Below are positions 44,501-55,016 of a stretch of 64,000 nucleotides of DNA, in pieces. Source of the stretch: a virus (lineage: Duplodnaviria; Heunggongvirae; Uroviricota; Caudoviricetes); the IMG/VR virus record IMGVR_UViG_2778261540_000003, one strand, 5' to 3'. Within the stretch, counting starts at the first letter, position 1, and each line of letters opens with the position of its first letter. The translations under genes and the position numbers were made by a program. The notes under the pieces are model-generated. The model was not told where the DNA came from. It searched no databases and worked only from the letters and a program-made list of their open reading frames with translations.

Positions 44501-47500
44501 TGTCAGTACATACGCGGTCCATATCCCTGATTATTGAGAAGATCGGACGGGCTTTCTCGTGCTCAATCACGCCGTCTTCATTAACCGAGGTCGTTACGCC
44601 ATTGTTGGCTTTTGCTGCCGCTTCCGCCTGTTGACGCAATTCTTCATACGCCGCCAGTTGTTCTTCAGTAAGTGGTGCATCCTGCTGGTGTTCGTCCAGT
44701 TCCGGGATCTCCACGGTATCCTTAACGTCTTCCGCCGTTTTAAGCGTTGTCCAGCGATGGAATATGCCGCGCAGCGCATCAAGGTTTTCAAAGCCCACCA
44801 GCGCCATTTTTTCTTCAACTTCACCGCTGATTTTCTGTACCGTTTCCAGCCTGGTCTTGCCGAAGAATTTAACGAAGTCATCAGGACCGTAGATCCCCAT
44901 CTTCTGCCAGTATTCCTTCGGCAGAACATGAGAAAGCATGTTGTATGCATCGATCGGGGTGTTAACGACTGGCGTTGCAGTCAGGAGAACCGGTCCACGC
45001 CCACCATTCTTTTTCATCAGGTACGCGTTTTTGATTGCCATATCTCGCGCCGATTGCGCCACCGCGCTGGTGGGCAGATAGGCCAGCTGTGACGCTTCGC
45101 GACCATTTTTATAGCTATTGCGGTAGTTGTGGCCTTCGTCAGCAATCACGCTGTCGAAGCCCATATCCTCAAAGTACGGATACTTCTCTGCTTTTTCGGT
45201 ACCGGTATCTGAATACTCCGACAATACCCGGCGACGCGCCGCCTCTTTGCGATGGGAATCGGAGTCCATTGCGCTGGCCACACGCCCGGCAGCAACGAAG
45301 TCATAAAGCATGTCTTGTGCATGCTCATCTACGGTGTCATCACGTAGCGGAATGCGGGCGTATTGTTCTTTGGTAAACACGACTGCACGGTAGTTTGAGT
45401 GCGGGATCGCGTTCATCCGCGCCGTGATAGTGGCTTCATCTGCCAGCTTAAGGGCATCGCGCATAACGGGAGTGCCATCTGCACCAACGACAGGTTTACC
45501 GTTCTCATCGAGCACCGGCACCTGGCGAATCTGATCGCCATCCATCAGCACATCAAGACCGACGAACAGGTAGTTACTGAATGCCTCTTCACTCAGAAAC
45601 TCTTTTGCTTCGTAATACCAGTTTTCCAGCACTGATTTAGGCACTACATACGCAGTACGGGTGGAACGACCGTTCTCATAGTTGAACGCCTCAAGCGCCA
45701 GCGCGGTCGTGGTTTTACCCAGCCCGGTACCGAAGCCCAGGATGCCGCGCCCATCTTCGGACAGTCGGCGCACCTCGCTATTCTGGTAATCAAATGGCTG
45801 TCGCTTACCGCTTAATCCCTTCAACCCAAGCGGATCGCCAGAGTGTTCATACGGGATATTGCTATTGAAAACATCGTTGTATTTGGCAACCAGCTCATCG
45901 TAGCGATCGTGCGTCTTGATCCACTTATTGAACTGGTCCTCAAGCAGTGCCATCTGCTCGCGGTAGCCGTTCGCCGTCGCGCTATCTTTGCCACCGATAC
46001 GCGCACCATTGAGATACTTTTCCAGCTGTGCCGGGAACCCGGTCGCGTTTTCACCTGATTTACGGTCCCACTCGTAGCGGATCTCGCCTGTTTCTTTATC
46101 CTTGCGCTGGACGACACCGTATCGGTGCCCGACGAACAGACCATCACCACCGTGATAGGTGTCAGAAACCATTTCGTCGCCTTCAAGCTGCACTGACTGC
46201 ACATAGCGCAGATCCGGATAGCCGTTTTCCTGCAAAAATTCCAGAATGACGGAACGGTCGAACCAACGGCTATTGAGCTTAAACCGGATATTCTCTGCTG
46301 GCGTCTTGATGCGCTTCTCTTCGATCGCTGCCAGCTGATTAAGGACGTTGTTCTTTACTGGACCGTCGGGGAGCGTGGCGAGGAATTCCTGTTTTGGAGC
46401 CACTATCTCGTTAATGTCGCCGCTGGTGGCGCGGGCGAACGGAACAATCCCGCCATACGGTGAAACCGCAATACCAGGGGTGCTGGCCAATAAATTAAGC
46501 AACTCTTCATCACTGGCTGGCAGTTCGCCGGTAAACGCAAGGCGGAAATCATCGAGCTGGATTGGATCGCGAGTGAGATCACTGTAGAGATAACGCAGGG
46601 TGTCCTGATAGCTGGTGGAGTCATAACTTGCGCTGGAATCATGCGTAACCAGCTTTCCTGTCAGCTCGTCAGAAATAGTGCCATCCAGCTTAATTGCACC
46701 ACGGAAAGCAAACCAGGCGCGCGCACCGCTCCCCGATAATTTCGCTATCGGACCGCGACCGGGGTTACCAAAACGGTCAATCTCTGCCTGCAAACGGGAT
46801 ACCAGAGAAAGGCGCTGCTGTTCGATTTGTTCAGCACTATGCCCGGCGGCCTTCATGTCCTGATATTCAATTAACATCCGGCCAATCATCGCCCCGCGAT
46901 ACAAGCGTTCACGGTATTTTTCAGGCTGGCTGTTAATCCAGTCCACCAGCTGCACCATATCGTCGCTGATTGATGTGGTGTACTTATCGCGGACATTTGC
47001 CATCTGGGTAAATGTCATGCCGAGACGGCCTTCTGTTGTAGTCAGGTTACGCTGAAGAGCCTCCCAGCTATCCGCGCCATAACTGGCAGCATCGATCTTA
47101 AGTTCCTTCCCGGCATCAGCTTCAATCCAGCGACCACCAGCATATTTTTGCCATACGCCATTAATCAGGCGCATTTCCCCTTCACCAACAACGTCTGCGG
47201 TCGGTGACGGTTCAGCCATATCGAGCAAAGACCAGTCGATACGGCTTTCGAAACGATGAATCAGCTTCGCTTTAAGAGCCTGGTTATCAATCTGACCGTC
47301 GGCACGAACCTCAATACGCCCCTGGAAGCCCTTTTCCTGGGTGCCATGAACAAACCGGCGGCCATCCTTTTCAAACCACTTGCCAGAAATAAACGTTGGC
47401 CAAAGCACATTTGCCGATTCAAGAGTGCTTTCATCCACCAGGGGGATTTTCTCAGCCATCTCTGCCGGATGTTTGCGCATCAGCACCACATCTACGACCG

Positions 47501-48293
47501 TACTGGTCCCGTTTGCGTCAAAAGTACCGGTAGGCAGGCGGTGGGCACCAAGAAATTCAGCTTTCCGTGATAGGCGCAGGCGTAACCGCTTCATGTTTGA
47601 ACCTGAAACAATGGACGGCGGCACAATCACGCACATGAATCCGCCTGGCTTTATTTTGTCCAGCATGCGGAGCATGAAGTAAGAACCCATGTCCGTTTCT
47701 TCTGCGTAAGGCTTATCGATGTTGCGTGTGTTATCACGACCGCCGAACGGAACGTTACCCACAACATGGTCGAATGAATCGTTAGGCGTGCTTACAGCCA
47801 GCTGTTCGAACGGGGAAATCTGTACGCTGTCTTCCGGGTGTAACAACTGGTTTATACGACCGGAAACACTGCTGATCTCAGTCGCGGTCATCACCGTACC
47901 AACCGGTTTTGTCTCATTAAAAACGCCGGTTCCCGCCGATGGTTCCAGAGTGTTACCTACGTCCGCGCCGTAGAGCTTCATGATCTCCCAGACACCTTCA
48001 GCGATCGGCTTTGGTGTGTAATATTCGGAGACGGACCCGCCAATGCCGCCTTCACCGGTGTACCCAGCCAGGATCTGGCGCTGTTCATCTGTCAGTGTCG
48101 CGCCGTCCACCAGCGAATTAAGCAAATCTATCGCCTTCTGATTCGCCTCCCGGCGCAGTCGGTCATAGCTTTTGCCTTCCACCTTTTCCACGCCATATTT
48201 AATCGGCGCTCGGTGAGATGTTATTGCCCTAATGTATTTCAATATTTCGCTGACACTTGAACAGCGAAACACCCCAATAGATAGCTTGTTCAT
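41526..48293 (-). CDS. darB: DarB antirestriction protein (N-terminal methyltransferase, C-terminal helicase)
   Basis: 2255 aa, the size I recall for P1 DarB; DEAH-type helicase motifs in the middle region and an N-terminal methyltransferase-like region. Confidence 0.85.
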   Translation of the reverse strand: MNKLSIGVFRCSSVSEILKYIRAITSHRAPIKYGVEKVEGKSYDRLRREANQKAIDLLNSLVDGATLTDEQRQILAGYTGEGGIGGSVSEYYTPKPIAEGVWEIMKLYGADVGNTLEPSAGTGVFNETKPVGTVMTATEISSVSGRINQLLHPEDSVQISPFEQLAVSTPNDSFDHVVGNVPFGGRDNTRNIDKPYAEETDMGSYFMLRMLDKIKPGGFMCVIVPPSIVSGSNMKRLRLRLSRKAEFLGAHRLPTGTFDANGTSTVVDVVLMRKHPAEMAEKIPLVDESTLESANVLWPTFISGKWFEKDGRRFVHGTQEKGFQGRIEVRADGQIDNQALKAKLIHRFESRIDWSLLDMAEPSPTADVVGEGEMRLINGVWQKYAGGRWIEADAGKELKIDAASYGADSWEALQRNLTTTEGRLGMTFTQMANVRDKYTTSISDDMVQLVDWINSQPEKYRERLYRGAMIGRMLIEYQDMKAAGHSAEQIEQQRLSLVSRLQAEIDRFGNPGRGPIAKLSGSGARAWFAFRGAIKLDGTISDELTGKLVTHDSSASYDSTSYQDTLRYLYSDLTRDPIQLDDFRLAFTGELPASDEELLNLLASTPGIAVSPYGGIVPFARATSGDINEIVAPKQEFLATLPDGPVKNNVLNQLAAIEEKRIKTPAENIRFKLNSRWFDRSVILEFLQENGYPDLRYVQSVQLEGDEMVSDTYHGGDGLFVGHRYGVVQRKDKETGEIRYEWDRKSGENATGFPAQLEKYLNGARIGGKDSATANGYREQMALLEDQFNKWIKTHDRYDELVAKYNDVFNSNIPYEHSGDPLGLKGLSGKRQPFDYQNSEVRRLSEDGRGILGFGTGLGKTTTALALEAFNYENGRSTRTAYVVPKSVLENWYYEAKEFLSEEAFSNYLFVGLDVLMDGDQIRQVPVLDENGKPVVGADGTPVMRDALKLADEATITARMNAIPHSNYRAVVFTKEQYARIPLRDDTVDEHAQDMLYDFVAAGRVASAMDSDSHRKEAARRRVLSEYSDTGTEKAEKYPYFEDMGFDSVIADEGHNYRNSYKNGREASQLAYLPTSAVAQSARDMAIKNAYLMKKNGGRGPVLLTATPVVNTPIDAYNMLSHVLPKEYWQKMGIYGPDDFVKFFGKTRLETVQKISGEVEEKMALVGFENLDALRGIFHRWTTLKTAEDVKDTVEIPELDEHQQDAPLTEEQLAAYEELRQQAEAAAKANNGVTTSVNEDGVIEHEKARPIFSIIRDMDRVCTDMDLYYRRITYRFLPEYADAVQQLADSLPKQATSEDDDSDDSITQQSQYSLIDKGEFIQLQVPEAFEQEVNKRLAKFGIDEQTVTHPVTPKYVKLIATLKEFFPEGKQIIFTDEKTQHQKLKRIICNALNLEPSKVGILNAQTVAEAGKTGKKLKAVKPPKELPDEPTDAQIAKYNEQMALYDAYIAQQNEMSLGGLEKIAADFQEGRTPIIICNKKAEVGINLHRGTTDIHHLTLPWTPASIAQRNGRGARVGSNRASVRVHYYCGKGSFDEYRLKTLKRKAGWISDILRSDKSEMENADANDMIEMQMYTAKDDGERLAMMQVQMDKAKAAQRARQKEQATIDLQNYIKAQHAAGEDVEVLTAELERSKAELEKTTAEVAKFKQAVMAKAADNADWKARWGSVHHTDRTLLAQYRASLKSAIQRKANISQAISRYEKLLNRTQKAATDIKRLRPLVEDAINKGILDVDPDLVNHASEFLVIGDRSWRVGQYYDCAGDIVRIKSLDFDSQRADVEIIFTFKGTKSGNWDVKTLDKQVDVTPDEDAVMQKISGGVSIAGINDIISCDDFYRFQQRGMIKITDSYGVQTTESGYSIDFVGTYSDPLKHAVYPDRRDGALKSSIAKWVLGMMSEGNNRQIRSAETFLVELFGSNYGDVIASYGDTLSPEAIQEKIADAIARMPEKTSQGATRNGDSELEVTNAIFGTNEFRASDYEITTAQFGTIGIYSNKDEIKQSMDAASARIAAERKANLNHAVSALTQSWVTAIREAATTGKITPAIADVVNDGSKFMDAYKMDAVQLPSAYGQLSYRMTYNLVSMFSDLAILGLVDLNEVTPELLSMRKNHVEILQRINTVLAGRTDEEKQADADRINLALGNITEEEIAARNEKQEELSSIQGDATSIAQSLGLNYRVSTADLKMMYAPKFAAGEVFGLQEASGMKGVLFRAKDAIKAKFGARWLPAKAKNSDFPGNWWIIETKHNVADVLAVIQQYA

Positions 48294-48359
48294 TGGTAAT
48301 CCTTAACAAGTGACTAGTGTTAAATTCCGTTCAAACACGATGTGAATTATTCTAATTAA

Positions 48360-51090
<2,731 letters not shown>

Positions 51091-51103
51091 CCACCAAAAA
51101 TAA

Positions 51104-51129
51104 CCCCGGCGGATGCCGGGGTTCTCGTT
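51104..51129. terminator. Hairpin terminator (ccccggc / gccgggg) between convergent genes
   Basis: GC-rich inverted repeat followed by a T-rich tract. Confidence 0.55.
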
Positions 51130-51134
51130 AACTA

Positions 51135-51389
51135 TTATCGCCTTCGCCTGCGTGCCATATATTTGCGCACCGCGCGGCGTGGACAATCTGAAGCGGTTTC
51201 TTTCTGCTGCATCAATCTTGCAGCCATGCTCAAAAATGTCAGGCACAGCCGAAGCCCAGCATACAATAGCGGTTCCAGTGGCCACGTCTCATTGAGCACA
51301 TATACCGCCATGAAAATCGAGTCGAAAACTATCGCCGCCAGCGATAACTTCATTGTCGAAAGTCGGCGGAGCTGCCGGAGTTTATTCAT
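51135..51389 (-). CDS. Small membrane protein downstream of the endolysin gene
   Basis: 84 aa with one hydrophobic helix and an Arg-rich C-terminus. Confidence 0.4.
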   Translation of the reverse strand: MNKLRQLRRLSTMKLSLAAIVFDSIFMAVYVLNETWPLEPLLYAGLRLCLTFLSMAARLMQQKETASDCPRRAVRKYMARRRRR

Positions 51390-51939
51390 TGACCAGCCCC
51401 GTCAGGCAAAGCTGGCGTTCTTTTTCACGGCGAATCTTTAAACCTCGCAGGGGCACGCCGTTACTGTTCACGAAATCAGGGAGATGGTTACACATATTCA
51501 CCCACTCCCCTTTCTGCGCCCACTTGTGGATGGACGTTTCTACTCGCATGCCTCGCGCTTTGCTGTAGTAGGTCCGTAAGCTATTGCATCCCATATTGAA
51601 TGCCGCGCTTGTCATTGCACTGAAGGCATTATCGGGCATGTCTTTGCCCCGGAAGTGCTGATTAATACAGCGTTCAGCGATCAGGATATTCTTTTCCCAA
51701 TCAGCGGCGATTTGCTGGTCGGTTTTTCGCACACCCGGCGTTACCCCGTGTGTATTACCAATCCCGTCAGTCCATACCCCCGCCGGGCACATGTATGGAT
51801 CACGTCGGCAACCTTCAGCGTTACCAATCAGCTCAAGCCCCGCCTGGTTGGTTCGCACATTGCCATTACCCATCACGATGGTAATCATCACCGCGATAGC
51901 GCAAATTGCACCGCCTCCTGCGGCTGTTTTTCCCTTCAT
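51382..51939 (-). CDS. lyz: SAR endolysin (lysozyme)
   Basis: 185 aa from MKGKTAAGGGAICAIAVMITIVMG (signal-anchor-release helix) followed by a T4-lysozyme-like catalytic region. Confidence 0.8.
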   Translation of the reverse strand: MKGKTAAGGGAICAIAVMITIVMGNGNVRTNQAGLELIGNAEGCRRDPYMCPAGVWTDGIGNTHGVTPGVRKTDQQIAADWEKNILIAERCINQHFRGKDMPDNAFSAMTSAAFNMGCNSLRTYYSKARGMRVETSIHKWAQKGEWVNMCNHLPDFVNSNGVPLRGLKIRREKERQLCLTGLVNE

Positions 51940-52073
51940 AAAGACCTCATAAGCGAATTTTTTACGCTCCAGGACAAACACTCATTCACAGCCAATACCG
52001 ACTGACTCGATCCCTTTAGAAGGCACAGGATAATGCAAATCACTTGTTAGCCACGTTTCAAAGATATACATTA

Positions 52074-52090
52074 TTGCTCTAATTAATTTA
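52074..52090 (+). promoter_or_regulatory. C1 operator-like site upstream of ssb
   Basis: attgctctaattaattt. Confidence 0.55.
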
Positions 52091-52108
52091 TTTTATTAGG
52101 TAAGAAAA

Positions 52109-52597
52109 GTGGCACAACGCGGTGTAAACAAAGTCATCCTGATTGGTACCCTGGGGCAAGACCCGGAGATCAGGTATATACCAAATGGCGGAGCGGTCGG
52201 AAGACTCAGCATCGCAACGAATGAATCATGGCGCGACAAGCAAACGGGCCAACAGAAAGAGCAAACAGAATGGCATAAAGTAGTTTTGTTCGGAAAACTT
52301 GCTGAAATTGCGAGTGAATATTTACGAAAAGGTTCTCAGGTCTACATCGAAGGGAAACTTAAAACCCGTAAGTGGACAGATGACGCCGGTGTAGAACGTT
52401 ACACGACGGAAATTATCGTCAGCCAGGGCGGCACCATGCAAATGATCGGCGCTCGCCGTGACGATTCACAGTCCTCAAATGGCTGGGGGCAATCAAACCA
52501 ACCTCAAAACCACCAGCAATACAGTGGTGGCGGTAAACCTCAGAGCAACGCCAATAACGAACCTCCAATGGACTTTGACGACGATATTCCGTTTTGA
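52109..52597 (+). CDS. ssb: Single-stranded DNA-binding protein
   Basis: 162 aa, OB-fold region highly similar to E. coli SSB, acidic C-terminal DDDIPF tail; GTG start. Confidence 0.9.
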   Translation: MAQRGVNKVILIGTLGQDPEIRYIPNGGAVGRLSIATNESWRDKQTGQQKEQTEWHKVVLFGKLAEIASEYLRKGSQVYIEGKLKTRKWTDDAGVERYTTEIIVSQGGTMQMIGARRDDSQSSNGWGQSNQPQNHQQYSGGGKPQSNANNEPPMDFDDDIPF

Positions 52598-52794
52598 ATG
52601 TGTAAAAAACGACTGAAAGAAAAGCGGTGGTCCAGACGCCGACAAAAGCACGAACTCGCTCAAAAACGCCAAAGTTGGCAATGGCACGCGCTTTTAACGA
52701 ATAGAACACCCCGAGATATTGCTTTCGCTGGTGGGAAAACATTCCTAACCAACCTGAAGGCGCAATACATCAGTTTTTAAGCAGAGAAAAGACT

Positions 52795-53589
52795 ATGACA
52801 GCACAAAATACTAAAACCATTCAATACCGCCTACGTAATGGCCAGAGTGTCGAAGTGACCATCAATAACGATGGAGTGCCAGGCGAAAAGGTTTCTATCT
52901 CTGATCTGGCTATCGAAAAAACCATCATGTGCCACCTTGGCTTTACTGAAGAAGTGAGCAAAAAGCATGGTGTAGCTATCTGGCGCACAATGGATACTGG
53001 AATGCGCAGATTCATTACTGCTCGTACCCCTGGTATGACCATGATGGACCTCATGCAGATTGCGCCGCTGTTTGAGTGTGAACCTCTGGATGTATTCAGT
53101 AATCCAGTTATCTGCCAGCAGTTATATGGTGAGATGAAACTCGCGGTTACCCCCATCGTGCTGCATGAAGGATCGCTTGCTGGCGTATGGAAAGTAGAGC
53201 GAATTTCAAGCTACATGCCCTTCCACGTCCATGTCAACGGCGTAATCACAGGTGAAAATCAACCTGTTTCAGTTACAAAGTCAGACCTCAAGCGTGCAAT
53301 TCTTGAAGCAAGTTGTCGAGTTATCGGCCTGGGCAAACAGTCTTATGTTTGCTTCCCCGCAGGCCCAGAAGGCCAGGCTGAAATACTGGCGATGGATGCC
53401 GATCTGCTCTGGCAAATAGAGTTTATGATAGGGAAAAGCATCATCCGAGCTGAAGAACTCGATCAGTACATTACCTGCACAATGACGGATGAGGTAAAAA
53501 GTGTGGCTATAGCCAAAGCCCGGAACCTGTGTCGTGCTGCATTAACAGAACTGCGAGAAAACACCACGGAAGAGGTGGAAAGTGATTAA
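52795..53589 (+). CDS. Hypothetical protein upstream of the PacB paralog
   Basis: 264-aa ORF; stop overlaps the start of the next gene. Confidence 0.45.
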   Translation: MTAQNTKTIQYRLRNGQSVEVTINNDGVPGEKVSISDLAIEKTIMCHLGFTEEVSKKHGVAIWRTMDTGMRRFITARTPGMTMMDLMQIAPLFECEPLDVFSNPVICQQLYGEMKLAVTPIVLHEGSLAGVWKVERISSYMPFHVHVNGVITGENQPVSVTKSDLKRAILEASCRVIGLGKQSYVCFPAGPEGQAEILAMDADLLWQIEFMIGKSIIRAEELDQYITCTMTDEVKSVAIAKARNLCRAALTELRENTTEEVESD

Positions 53590-54676
53590 TCGTATACAGA
53601 ATGAATCTGCCTGGTTAGCACTGATAGAACAGTATAAAGACAATTGGGAACTGGCAGCGAAAGAGTTGCTTGATATTGAGTTAACACCTCATCAAGCAAA
53701 AATTATTAACGCGATAAAGAACACCGGAGCCAAAGTCACTGCCACCACACCACATGGTATTGGGGAAACCTCTATTGTGGCAGTGATTAGCATCCTGCAA
53801 ACAATACTGTATTCGTGTTCCCGTACAGTGGTTGTTTCTCCTGCTATTAACGATAGTCGAAAAACAATAATTGACTATATGTTCCGTTATTGGGAGCGAG
53901 TTACCCAAAAACACCCTTTTCTTGGCAATCATTTCAGAATGCACCCTGACAAAGGGTTGGTGCATATCAGTGAAACATGGGGATGCGTCTATATAACCTA
54001 TTGTCTGAATAACGAAGTGTCTCTGGCTGGTTTTACTGGACCGCACGATCTTTTCATCGTTATTAACTCGGCGGAAATCAGCGATCGCGCTCATGCAGTG
54101 ATAACTGGCAATTTAACCAATTATGACTCGCGCCTGCTGTTGCTGTCGAAACCATCGGAACGCGAGAAAGGGTACTTTTATGATTCGCATCACCGGTTGG
54201 CCCATAGTAAAAACAATCCTGCTGGTTTTTTCACGGCGATAACTCTAAACACAGAGGATTCGCCTCTCGTTTCTGAAGCATATCTTGAATTCAAAGCCAA
54301 AGAGTTTGGTGGGCGCAATAGCGATGAATATCGCCGATTGATCTTGGGGAAATTTCCCGGGATTCGGGAGTTGATGGAAAAGTCATCTGTTCCCCGTAAT
54401 ATGCACTTCACAATGACTGACGGTAGTAAATGGGTAGTGCCTACGATCGTGATCGCCAAACACCATGCGAAACATCACGCTCAAAAACACAACTCCAGCA
54501 CATTAGACTGGCTGAAGGCCTATACAATACCGTTATTCTCGGCAAACCATAACGCTATAGCTGAATGGGCTAAACAAATCCCCTGGCAGGATGTGGCTGA
54601 AGAGGCATTTGTCGAAAAACCTCCGAGAGATTTGCACGAGCACTGTTGGCTGACATCAGAAAAGAGCTTCTCGTGA
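53582..54676 (+). CDS. PacB-like terminase ATPase paralog with degenerate Walker motifs
   Basis: Aligns to PacB residues ~50-290 (shared [17 protein letters not shown]); Walker A GHGTGKS is replaced by PHGIGET and Walker B IIDEAS by IVINSAE; no nuclease domain. Confidence 0.55.
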   Translation: MINRIQNESAWLALIEQYKDNWELAAKELLDIELTPHQAKIINAIKNTGAKVTATTPHGIGETSIVAVISILQTILYSCSRTVVVSPAINDSRKTIIDYMFRYWERVTQKHPFLGNHFRMHPDKGLVHISETWGCVYITYCLNNEVSLAGFTGPHDLFIVINSAEISDRAHAVITGNLTNYDSRLLLLSKPSEREKGYFYDSHHRLAHSKNNPAGFFTAITLNTEDSPLVSEAYLEFKAKEFGGRNSDEYRRLILGKFPGIRELMEKSSVPRNMHFTMTDGSKWVVPTIVIAKHHAKHHAQKHNSSTLDWLKAYTIPLFSANHNAIAEWAKQIPWQDVAEEAFVEKPPRDLHEHCWLTSEKSFS

Positions 54677-54707
54677 GGTAAAAATCCCGCCGATTGGCGG
54701 GATTTCT

Positions 54708-55016
54708 TTAATATATGATCTGGTCTATATGATCACCAAAATCATCGTCGTCGTCCTCATCGCCACCATCTACTGCTGGCCAATCAACAAACCAGCCAGC
54801 GTAAAGATACAGCGTTCGGAGAACATCACTTGCGGGAGCATCAAGGGTGTTAACGAATCCCATATAGCTATTGGGATTTGCTCCAGCTATGGCTTCAGCG
54901 ATCATGTCCTCGGTAATGTCACCGGAGATAATGCTTAAACGCCCGGAAACTTCTTCATTATCATCAAATTCGATAATGGCATCTCCGCCTAATGGCGCTG
55001 CGATTTTAATCTGCAT
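54708..55016 (-). CDS. Small acidic protein at the end of the darA operon
   Basis: 102 aa, very acidic C-terminal region (DGGDEDDDDDFGD). Confidence 0.4.
   Translation of the reverse strand: MQIKIAAPLGGDAIIEFDDNEEVSGRLSIISGDITEDMIAEAIAGANPNSYMGFVNTLDAPASDVLRTLYLYAGWFVDWPAVDGGDEDDDDDFGDHIDQIIY

Noticed and set aside
41526-48293. Numerous antisense and alternative-frame ORFs inside darB (for example 44559-45092 plus, 45821-46204 minus, 47256-47682 plus)
   Set aside because: All lie within a single continuous 2255-codon frame on the minus strand and are typical shadow ORFs of a long GC-balanced gene.
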